Shown: one piece after another, positions 53,590 through 64,000 of the stretch
Layout: every line of letters starts with the position of its first letter
How positions within the stretch are numbered: the first letter of the stretch is position 1
NCBI GenBank assembly: GCA_028534125.1
Contig: CM052816.1
Location: 84,942,001 to 85,006,000 of the forward strand
Reading direction: 5' to 3'
Length of the DNA stretch: 64,000 bases
Source: Lama glama
Lineage: Eukaryota
Translations under genes and position numbers: made by a program
Notes under the pieces: model-generated
Databases searched by the model: none
Told to the model about the DNA's origin: nothing
The model's input: the letters and a program-made list of their open reading frames with translations, nothing else

Positions 53590-55250
53590 ATTCACTAATT
53601 TATTTATTCAATCAGTCAATTATTTACTTAGAAAACAGTGTGGAGTTAATATATGCTACATTCAGATTTATGCATCCTTAATACAGCTGCTAATAAAACA
53701 GACAACTTCACTGTGGTCATATTCTAATGAATGCAGTGAAGAACAAATACCTAGATGTTAAGTAGTAAAATAGAGGGTTGATTACTTTCTATGAGGAAAA
53801 TAAAGCAGATTAAGCAAGACAACTATTTTTTAGTAAGTGTGCATTATTTTATATAAGGGTATCAGAAAATTCTCCCTGATGTGGTAATATTTGAACAGAC
53901 AGACACTAGACAGATAATGGGGAAAAAAGTGCTTGAAAATCCCAGGGGAATATTTACCAGGCAGAGAGACAAAGTCAAGTCATCAAGACAGGAAGTTGCT
54001 TGGCATGATCTTTGGAACAACAAAAAATCCAATGTGGCAAAAGGAGAGTGTGAAAGAGGGAAAGAGGTAAGAGATAAGGTTATAGGCTTAACAATGACTC
54101 AGGTCATGTACATCCTGGAAGAGGACCATCACACGGGATTTAGATTTTAGTCAAGTAGGATTAGGAAAACCTGGAGAATTCTGAACAATAGGATGTGACA
54201 TATTTTAAAAGGATCAAGTTTGGGGTCATAGACAAGGATGGCTGCAATGGAGGTGGTGAGAAGTGGTCAGACAAGGGATACATTTCAGCAGAACAACCAA
54301 CATTATTACTTTTGTACTCGTATGAAATATGATGGAGAAGGCTCAAAGATGAGTCCACAGATTTGGTCTGAGCAAGCAGAATAAAAGAAGAAAAAAGGTC
54401 CATTTCATTAAGATTAGAGTTACTGTAGAAAACATCAGTTCTATGGGAAACCACAAAGAGTTTCATTTTGCACACATTAAATTTGAAGTTCTTCCTAGAC
54501 ATTTAAGTGCAAATAAATGAGAAGATACTTTTCTGGAGCTAAGGAGTAAAATTTGGGCTGGAGATAAGAATTTGCAGATCATCAATGTATAGAACACTTT
54601 AAAAGTTTACAGACTGGATGAGATTATCAGGATAAAGATCAGTTTGTCAAATGCTTCTGATGGTTGAGAAAGATGAAATTTTCAAACTGTGTATTGGATC
54701 AGGCATCCAAGGTCTATTTGTGACCCCAAGGGGAGCTATGACAATGGAATCATGACTAAAATATTTTCAAATAAGAAATGGAGAATTAAACCAGAAAATT
54801 AAAAAATTCAAATTTAAATAATTTCTCCTATGTGAGGAGCCAACAAAGCTTGTATTACTTAGAAGGGGTTCAGAATCAAAGGAAAGTTTTGAAGCTGGGA
54901 GATATTAAAGCCAGATATATGTTGATGAAAACAATTCAACAGAGAGAAAACATACTGGTAGAGGAAGTAGAAAGCAGGGACAATTTCTGATGTGACAGTA
55001 AGGAACAGAAGGGATTAAAAAGCACAAGTGGATATTTTTGCCTCAGAAAAGAACCAAAATAGTGATCCACTGCAACAAGACGGAGGATAAAAAACAAAGA
55101 TTCAGATATTTGATGTATTTGGTGGTAGATGCATGTAGAAATTTTCTTCTCATTATTTATATTTTCTCAGTGGAAATGAGCTAAAGTTATCTTGGAACAA
55201 GGCAAGAAAAGGAAGTCTTAAATGCTATGGGAGAGAGGAGAAAGTGTGCC
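53590..55250 (-). mobile_element. L2 LINE remnant
   Basis: tttattcaatcagtcaattatttac (L2 tail), atatttgaacagac, ggtggtgagaagtggtcaga, tttggtctgagcaa, tttgggctggagataagaatttg, gactggatgagatt. Confidence 0.75.
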
Positions 55251-56159
55251 GTGTCTGAGTACTTCTCTGCCATTAATGATAATTAAATTCATTCCACCTG
55301 AAGCAAGAGCACTGACTCCATTTTACCCCTTTTAAGACTCTGACCCCCATCTCCAAGTAGAACTGACCACACTTTCTTTTGGGTTACTATTTGACTCTGA
55401 ATCCTGTTCTCATCCTGTAACACTCTTTGGCACTTTAGCTTTATCATAGTCTAACTTTGATAGACTAAGTGGCTTAAAGGTAAGAACTCTTGTCTTACAG
55501 TTTATGGTACATCCAGTGCTTTTCACATGATATTCTCTTACTAGGTGTTTCACTGAATTAAAAAAAAAATGATACTTTATGCAATTATGAAGCCTTAATT
55601 AAGAGTTACATTAAGATATTGAAGCCTTCATCATAAGCTTAAATATAAGACAATTCCCACAACATGATTATTCCATGGAATATTCCATTCCAAGTAATAT
55701 TCCAAACCGCATTATTTACATAGTCCTAGAAAGCTGGGGTATAAGCACAAAATGTCTTCAACAATCCACTTGGAGTACTTAAAATGTCTTTTGGTACTTC
55801 TGAGGTCTAAATCTTCACAGATAAAATAAATCTATGCTCTTGTCTTCAGCAAGGGACTTTATTTGGCATACACTTGAATCTTGAAGTATATAGGAGTATT
55901 CCATTTAGATAACACTCACAATTTGTTATGTGCCAATTAGTTGTAATTTTTACTTGAAATTTCCATATGCTCCTAAATAGTAAATTAAAGATTAATGCTA
56001 ATTTCAGAATAGAGGAGATTTTACTCATTTGCATAATAGTCATATCTGAGAGTGGGTTTATGATATGATTGCATTAAATTGGCTTGGGATGAACACAATT
56101 TCGATAACAGTTCTATATTGTCAGCTAAAATAATTTTTTAAAAAATTACTTCTAGCCAG

Positions 56160-57045
56160 ATCTGCTTCCATATATAAAGCTCTTTATCATAAATACTTTC
56201 AGCTCTAGACCTACAATCCACATGCTTGCTTGAATCACTCCCTGGCTGACTCAAGGCAAATTAAACTCAATAAGACCAAAATGAAGTCATGTTCTTTCTA
56301 TGCTCAAAGGTGATTATCTTCCAGCATTTCCTATCTTAGTAAATGACAACTGATTCCACTCAGTTATATAAGCTGGAAACCACAATATCACACTCTTCTG
56401 CAGTCTTTCTTATTTAATCTATCATCACATTCTTGCCAATTTTTTTTCTCCTAAACACTGTTCTAATGTGTCTACTTCTTTCCACATGTAATACACTCCA
56501 ATATACAGCCAGTTCATTCCTGAAGTTCAACAATATCCTTTTCATTTTCCTCCAAACACCTTGACCTCTTTCAAATCATTTTGTTTATTCTACACTCAGG
56601 AATAGTTTTAGATGTTAAAATTGTATTTATGTAACTCTATATCCTTAAAAAAATTAGAAACAACAATCAGTGCCTTCTCATTGTTCTTAAATTCTTTAAC
56701 AAGACATAAAAGGTCTAGCTCTGTCCTTTCTACATTTCTACAAATGTGACATGCGTCTGTTCAAAGACACTTCAAGCTGTTGTCTCCATTGCCTCAGACA
56801 CTGTTAACTCTGTCTCCTACATCCTTCTACTTTGTACTGTTCGATCAGAACTATGGTATTTTACGTGTATTTGTTTATTTTGTGATTATTTGCTTGGTTA
56901 CTGTCTATCTTGTTAGATGGAGACTTCACAAGTTTCAGATAAGAACTTGTGTGCTTTGCTCACAATTATTTTACTAATGTTCACTTTAAAATCTACTCAT
57001 AGAATGTCCTTATTAAATAAATACTGCTGAGAGAATAACTGAATA
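56160..57045 (+). mobile_element. L2 LINE remnant
   Basis: aaactcaataagaccaaaatgaagtcatg, ttcctatcttagtaaatgacaac, and a terminal ataaataatactgctgagagaataactgaat. Confidence 0.55.
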
Positions 57046-60000
57046 AAAATATACAGACAAAATCCTGTTGAGCAATAGTGTGCCATAGAATAAATTACAA
57101 CTTCCCAAAGACAAAGCCATTATAGACTTACTAGACACATTCTGGTTTTAAACTAACAAAGGCACATTTTTGATTTTTTGTTTTTTTTTCTTTATAGAAG
57201 CAAGGTGCCAGAAGCAACTCTGGAATCAACTGTTGTTCACAATTGCACAAGTTAAAAGAGGATTCTGGAAACTTTTTGTTTGTTTGAACAGATGGCAACC
57301 ACTCATATAAGAAAATCCATGTTATATAAAAAATAAATAATTAAAACAAATTAAAACCAAATAACAAAATATATTTAGATGAATTATGTATCTATCAAGG
57401 AAACATTTATTCTTCCAGTGATTGCTCATAAATCACTACTCTGTTTTTAAATTTTCCTGTTCTAATTTGAAATGAGTTTCTTTTACAATTGAGAACAAGA
57501 TGAGGATTTTCTTATATGTAATGAATTATACTGTTCTGTTTTAGAAGAAATAAAGTACATAGTGTAACATTGAATAAACCCAACTTAATACATATTAAAA
57601 GTTATTCACTAGAATTTTTAAATTAAGTATCACATTTCTAATTAATATGAATTTAAACATAGTATTAACAGAAAAGTTTCATAAGGGAAGTATTTTATAG
57701 AATCAAGTCTTTTTAAAAAATAAATACATGCTGTGTAAAAATATACTTCATCCCTAATTATGTGGATGACTCCCTCAATTTATATTCTGTATTTGTTACA
57801 GCTTAAGTACAATAGTTCCTGAAAAGGAATAGGGAGAATTGTATTTCCCTGGAGGCTCTGACAGTCACTAGCTACTTGGCCTTGGGCAATGCATATTAGC
57901 ATCCTGGATCTTGATTTCCTCATATCTCAAATGAATGTGCTATTCTTGATTATTTCTAAGGGAACATTCAAAGCCACGATCTGTGGTTTGATTTTCTAAT
58001 TCAACTAGAATACGGTATTAATGTAGTCATAAATTTTTATCCCTGGAGCTTCTTTAATGGGGGAAATTTAAATAGCTTAAAGAAAATCACAAAAGTATAA
58101 GTAAAAAGGGTGAGTAGACCTGGGGATTATTTCCCAATTTGGACAATTTTGTTGCTGAGAGATTGTTTCCATGTTATGCATTCTGTCAAAACCCCTCAGA
58201 AAAGATGTCTGTATTACCATTATTTGCTCTGGCAATATCAGCTGTTAACAGTCTTATATTTCCTTTTCAAAACAGAAATTGAAGCAAGGACAAAGAATGA
58301 AATGGTATAAACTCATTACTGTCCCAAAATTTAATTCAAATGCATTATCATTTAAAAACTATAATCTTGTGCTCTCTCAAGATGAGATATTCACTCAGGG
58401 ATACAGCATTATTATCTTTCCTTAGAGACCATTAAAAAAAATTCTCTGCCTGGAAATGAAGGCCAACAAAAACCATCATTGCATCTATTTAAAACTAGAA
58501 CATGTTTCATCTTTCTACATATTTGACTTACTTAGAAATTAAATAAATTTTTAATTTGAAAAAATTAAAAAAGAATAAAATTAATTTTATAGAGCAAGTC
58601 AGAAATAAATTACATGTTTATATCTATGTATTATATGCATGTGTGTACACACATATGCGTATGTTTATCTACATACACACATTACAAAGTCAACATATGT
58701 GTTGTTTGATAAAACTGTCCTCTGACATACTTTTTCTAGCTAATAATGAATCACAGATACTCATTCAAGTAAATTAATTAAGATCTAACTTACTCTTTTA
58801 AATAACTAATTATTCTTTATATAGAAGGTTTTTTAAAAAAAATTACATACTCAGAACATTAGGTAACAAATTCTTCAACATATTTTGTAATGTAATCAGA
58901 TTGTTGAGTTCTGCTGATCTGTTATTTTGTTAAAATTAATCATGTAATGACCTTGTCATGTCTTGATTCTTTATTACTTTTTTCTGAATTTGTGTTATTC
59001 TCATATATTGTGCCACTTTATACCTGTGGTATATACCAGAATACAAAATCTGAAACAGCAAGAAGTTTGCTTTAGTGTAATATTTACCTTTATACAACAA
59101 CATATCAAATTGTACATAGCATCCATTAATATTATTAATTTTATTCTCTATATGAGATATCTGAGACTTCATAATTAGATTCTAAAGTATTTTTCAATAT
59201 AAAGTTAGTATATAGTTTGAATGCATTTAATTTAATTTATTTTCTTTTAATCTTCTCTAGATTCTTTACTCATTCAACCTTATACAACATAGCAACTGGG
59301 AAATAGTGAGTTTTGTTTTTTAATAAGTAAATACACACCTCAAGTACATGCATTTTTTTCCATTTGAACTTTGACCAAAATAATGTCTTCTAGGAATTAT
59401 AGTGAAGTTTTGCTGGTTTGCTCTTGATCAGCACCTTTCTGCTGTTACCCCCTGGTTTTCCTATTTCAATACTTTTACTTAGTCCTTGAATATCCTTCTT
59501 TCTCCTCTAATTTATCAGTTAATCCAGACCCTTGTTCTGACTTATGTGTACTTTGGCTTACCCCTGCATTCATGGCTTTACTTGACCCCTGATTTTGACA
59601 TTTTCCTAAGCTCTGGAATGAGAATGTCTCTACTCAAGGTTTTGGTCTAACAAAAGACACTGGCTAGTGAAAACTCCAGGTCTCACATGAAGGGAATTAA
59701 TGTGACAATTTGCCATGGTTCTTGTTGATGCAGTTGCTCAGCTGGTTATAAGAAGTGGAGACAACTATTCTCCGTTGTCACTTCCTGTATCTAATATAAT
59801 ATTCATACTCAAATGGTCTGTGATTGGTGGCTTAGCTCAAAATTGGGTTGACATAACTGCACTTTCAGCAAGTTTAAAATATTCCATTCTGGTAGTCTTT
59901 CAATCATCCGAGACTGGGATAGGATAGCAAAGGTCAATAATAATGTTTCTCAAGTTTCTCTACAAATACAAAAATAGAAAACTCTTGGTTTGTGGTTTAT

Positions 60001-60559
60001 GAAGAGTATATGAATTTCCTTATATCTGTTTTATCAAAAGAAGGAGGAGACTTATACTCAATAAACATTCTTTTCTTAGAACAGTACAATACACAAATTC
60101 CTAACAAGTGGTTACTTGCCTCAGGGCATAGGCCCCTGGGGGAAAGGCGCTGTTTCTTAATTATATTTCATCACTTAAGTGTTTGCCTGCAATTTTGAAA
60201 CAATCCACAAAAGAACTGCAAATCTTTCCAGGCTTTAGGTGTGAATTCTAAATTTCTGTCTCTAATTAAGCTACTTTTACTAGTTGATAACATTATAATA
60301 AACTAAAAGATGAACAACTTTTTCCCTCCTACCTTCATGTAGCAGGTGTGAAAAAGTGCTAACTCCTTTGTAGCATTGATATGCCTTCCTTCTTCTGACT
60401 CTTTGCCTTCCTGTACTTCCTATGGCTAAGGAAGTGGGCTAAAGAATTGTACCCTTTTCCTGCTTTATCAAAACTTCCAGCCAGTTACCTGTGTCTTCTT
60501 TCTTTTTGTGTGATGCTAATTTCTTCAGTCTCTTATCTTTGCAGGTGGTAGTATAATGT

Positions 60560-61726
60560 TGTTATGTGTTGAACTCTGTCCCAAACCCCACCCTTACCTC
60601 TCTCCCCTAAACATATATGTTGTAGTCCTAAACCTTAGAAACTCAGAGTGTGGCCTTATTTAAAGATGAGGTCATTACAGAAGTAATCAAGTTAAAACTA
60701 GGTCATTAGGGTGGGCCCCAATTCAGTATGACTGGTATCCTTATAAAAAGCAGGAATTTGGACCCAGAGACAGGCAAGCATAAAGAAAGATGATGTGAAG
60801 AAATACAGGGAGAAGATGATTATCGATAAACCAGGAAGTGAGGCCTGGAACAGATAGTTCCCTTGGTAGGGACAAATAAAAATAAGAGTTCAATTCTGCC
60901 TCATAAATAAGGAAAGAGATTTTTTTTTCTCCACTTCCTTCTCTTAGATCATTTACTTTAGAAAATTTGCAAGTGTGAGTCCTTTCTCTGCCTCTTTGGA
61001 ATGTACGTAAATATTTTTAGAAACTAAATGAGATTTGGTTAGCTTTATGACCCAGGAATGTCTTTCTTACGGACCTGGGAGCCATCTCTTTGAAATCTAA
61101 TCATCTAAAGAGGTAATACTACAACTTCCCAGTTTTTGTGGGAGGGTGGGAGCTTAACCTCCATGGGCACCTGCTTCAAACTACAAAACTTTCTCCTGTT
61201 ACAAAAATATGAGAAGTTTGTTTTTTCTCTTCATAAAGCCAGTTAGCTAACTGACGTGGTCACCTGCATTACCCGATGAATCTAGAATAAACTACGAGTG
61301 AAAAATGGTGCTGTCAGGTATTCTAACCTCAAGACTAATTACTGTTCATCTTGAGGACTTCTATGTAATGTGTTGTATTTGCTTGATTATATAAAAGGAT
61401 GAGGTTTCTTCTTCTTTATTTCTTTTTGGTCTTTGCAGCCTCTTAGGGGATTATCTGTTAGAGCATCGTGTTTTGCTTTAATGTTTATTCAATAATAAAA
61501 CTTTTTTTTTGTCTACTTACTTTCATGGGGTCATTTTCTGGGATAGGAGAGGATTTTGTTTTAATTATATTTCCCCAATATGTCACAGCACTCAGAAAGA
61601 ACCAATATTGCCAACACCTTTATTTTTGTACTTCTAGCCTGTAGAATCTTGAAATAGTAAATATCTGTTGCTTAAGTCACCCAGTTAGTGGTACTTGATT
61701 GTGGCAGCTTTAGGAAACTAACTAGA
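60560..61726 (+). mobile_element. MLT1B-like MaLR LTR split by a nested ERV1 LTR
   Basis: 5' part 60560-60863 (tgttatgtgttgaactctgtccc...ggtcattagggtgggcccc...atgactggtatccttataaaaag...ggcctggaacagat) continues at 61581-61726 (tcacagcactcagaaagaaccaa...ttaagtcacccagttagtggtactt...ggaaactaa). Confidence 0.85.
60864..61580 (+). mobile_element. MER34-like ERV1 solo LTR
   Basis: tttactttagaaaatttgcaag, atgacccaggaatgtctttct, ggacctgggagccatctctttgaaat, TATA tataaaag near 61390, aataaa near 61494, end ttatatttccccaata. Confidence 0.75.
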
Positions 61727-62687
61727 TGTTAAGACTAGGGTTGTAGTTGAAGGCCTTAATCCCAGTCTGTTAGACTTCTATTCATTGATCTATTTTATCC
61801 TAAGTACACATTTCCCTTTAAGATTTCATGGGAGTGGGGAACGTTAACAATGAAAATTCTGGTATTCCTAGGCTTTAACAACATAACACTTTCCTCATGC
61901 ACATTCTACCATTATTTGACACAAATTTGACAGCATTACATTTTTCACCTACTCTATAAGAGATTAACAACTCAGAAACATATCTCTGACCTCTGTAACG
62001 GAATCCTCTACTTAAATCTTCACATGTCCATATGCCTGTGTGAGCCTTACACCATTCCAGAACTTGCTAAGAACTGAGCTCCAGTTTAACATCCACCCAA
62101 ACGATGTCGTGACGAAAAATGACCAGTCAAAAGAGAGAGTTTTAGATTTATTTTAGGAACCAATCCAAAAATGTCCTGAGAAGCTTATTATATTTTAAAG
62201 TAACTTTATTTTGGCCTGATACCTAGGACCTACACCACACAGAGTGAATTGCTGAAATGTCTCCAGAGTGATATGAATCTCTCTTTCCAGATTAATAAAT
62301 TCAGGCTTGATATTGTTTTGTTGTGGTAGTTGTTTTTGTTGCTCTTCAATGTCTCTGTTTATGGAGATCAACAGGTACTTAGAGATGGCTTATCTTTCTA
62401 TCCATGACGGGGGCGACCACAATAAAAGAACATCCCAGTTTTGGCTACCACCTTTCCACAGCTTTTCACTGTGCACTGTTAGTCTAAGCGCTAAAAGCAA
62501 GAGGAATCCAAGCAATTCTTCACCTGCTCCCTCACCCCACCCCGGCCTGTGGAAGGATGTGTCATGAGTAAGAGTCTGATAAGAGCAGCAAGGGGAACAT
62601 CTGTGGAAACCGGCTTGGATTTCTTCTCAGGACAATCAGTGGGCCCTATTTGGCCCCTCTCTTTGCTTCCTAGTTCAAGTCACAGGG

Positions 62688-63083
62688 TGAGTCAAATAAA
62701 TATAAATCTGGATCTAGATCGGTAAATACTTTACTCAGAAGAAAGACTATCACAAAGGGAGAATGCCTCAATCTCAGCAATCTACAAGCATCTCAAAAAT
62801 CAAACGGGAAAACAGTTTTTCTTTTACGTGGTGAGGAGGGGGTAACAAAGATCAGCAAGAACGTAACGAGGGACAGCTGCACAAGCAAGGGCGCCGCTCA
62901 GCGGCGGCTGCAGTCGGCCGGGTCCCAGCGCGAGCTGACGAGGAGGGCTCGTCCGCCTTTTCAGCGCCTGGTCAGATCTGGGAGAAGTTACAGTCCAGGT
63001 ACTCGTAAGGTGAGACGCAGCCTGACTTTTTTGGTCAAGACAAAGCGGAGGGTATAAAATAGGCAACCGAGAACCTTCGGTCA
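62688..63083 (-). mobile_element. Probable ERV LTR with a CpG-rich interior
   Basis: Bounded by tg (62688) and ca (63083). The minus strand has AGTAAA near its 3' end (tttact near 62730). No clear TSD. Confidence 0.5.
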
Positions 63084-63660
63084 GTGCGCATGAAAACCTT
63101 CTCTGTGCCAGGAAACGTCATTCCTCTGTTCAGAACTGCATCGTGGTGGAACGGGCTACTTGGCAGTTTTGTGGACCAAACTCAGTTTTACTAGCACGGA
63201 CCCCTCCAGCAATCCTACCCTTTCCCTGGGGGCAAAGCACTCCCTTTGGAACACTGTCATGGCAAAGCCCATTAAGAATTCCTAGGAACTAAAAATAGAA
63301 TCTGGAAAATAAGATAAAAATCTAACCTTTTTTTTCCCTTTGTCCTTCATCTAGTTTCACTTGCTCAGAGGGTACAGCGTGCAGAGGCCTTGCATCTGGC
63401 ACCTCAGACCGGAGCTCCCAGTATGGCACAGCCGCGTGGACACCTCTGCTCGGGGAGCCGGTCAGGAAGCGCCTGCTGCTCACTTCACAGCCACCAAGAT
63501 GGCGGCGGCTGGGCCGCTGCGCGGGGCACTACCACCTGGAGCCTGAGCAGCGCAGCTGTGGCAGCCCCGCCAGAACCCCGCCCTCCTCGCCAGAGCCCCC
63601 CCCCCCCACTTCCTGAGAGAACTCCGCCCCCTCCCCCGCTGAGGACAACCTGTAAAGCAG
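62860..63660. promoter_or_regulatory. CpG-island-like candidate promoter/enhancer
   Basis: About 14 CpGs in 62860-62970 and about 18 in 63370-63640 (manual count). YY1 motif CAAGATGGCGGC at 63495-63506, three Sp/KLF-type CCGCC boxes at 63565-63630, ETS cores CAGGAAG and CACTTCCTG. Confidence 0.55.
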
Positions 63661-63810
63661 GAGAGCCCATAATCTCACACCTCTGGATTCTTTGACCAAA
63701 GAATAAAGGCTTTGTTTGCTTCTAAACCTAAGTAGTCTCACACCTTTGGGGCGAGCTGCACAAGGCAGGAGGACCCTTGTTGGAGACCCCACTCAGAAGG
63801 GTCCATAACA
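63362..63810 (+). mobile_element. Probable LTR with a GC/CpG-rich U3-like region
   Basis: tg...ccataaca ends, AATAAA at 63702-63707 followed by a GT-rich stretch, and GC boxes upstream. The 5' boundary is uncertain and there is no clear TSD. Confidence 0.45.
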
Positions 63811-64000
63811 AGAGCACTAAAACACTTCTTAGAGGAATCACCTGAAATATTCTCTACACTTGGAAATCAGCAAAGCTGTGAAGTTTCAAAATCTGACTCC
63901 AAAGAACACCCCCCAACCTTTTTTTTTTTTAACAATATATAAGAGCCTTGACTCGACCGTTTTTTTTTTAAAGCAAATGTGTCCTTAATATTGATGAATA

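Noticed and set aside
58639..58654. 16-bp perfect palindrome ATGTGTGTACACACAT
   Set aside because: A by-product of a degenerate purine-pyrimidine microsatellite, expected by chance.
63361..63792. Overlapping GC-rich ORFs, including AAGATGGCGGCGGCT resembling a housekeeping start codon
   Set aside because: Low-complexity Pro/Gly/Ala translations that arise from stop-codon scarcity in GC-rich DNA. The MAAAG frame stops within about 15 codons. Better explained as a YY1 motif in an LTR-like unit.
1..64000. Prokaryotic-style systems (CRISPR array, operon, defence island, rRNA/tRNA genes)
   Set aside because: The sequence is a spliced mammalian locus. I saw no regularly spaced repeat-spacer array and no recognisable structural RNA gene.

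Overview
AT-rich mammalian genomic DNA, not prokaryotic. The L1 3'-UTR families present suggest a cetartiodactyl, probably non-ruminant (inference). Positions 5207 to about 28270 hold the 3' part of the type II classical cadherin gene CDH9 on the + strand. Nine coding exons (120/168/188/254/137/122/118/252/488 nt, all GT-AG, phases compatible, 1847 coding nt with no internal stop) encode EC2 to EC5, the transmembrane helix and the cytoplasmic tail ending ...[11 protein letters not shown] ~540 nt 3'UTR follows. The 5' exons lie upstream of the window. The rest is intronic and intergenic gene-desert DNA with L1, L2, MIR, MaLR/ERV LTR and hAT DNA-transposon fossils. I found no convincing new protein-coding system. 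The best leads are: (1) a CpG-rich, promoter-like pair of apparently divergent LTRs about 35 kb downstream of CDH9; (2) a half-L1-like element (ORF1 joined to the 3' tail, no ORF2) in an intron; (3) signals for a tailless CDH9 isoform and a transmembrane-shortening tandem acceptor; (4) an apparent Q-to-H change beside the p120-binding motif; (5) a perfect 48-bp tandem duplication. Repeat family names and boundaries are by eye and approximate. Exon numbering follows my recollection of human CDH9.
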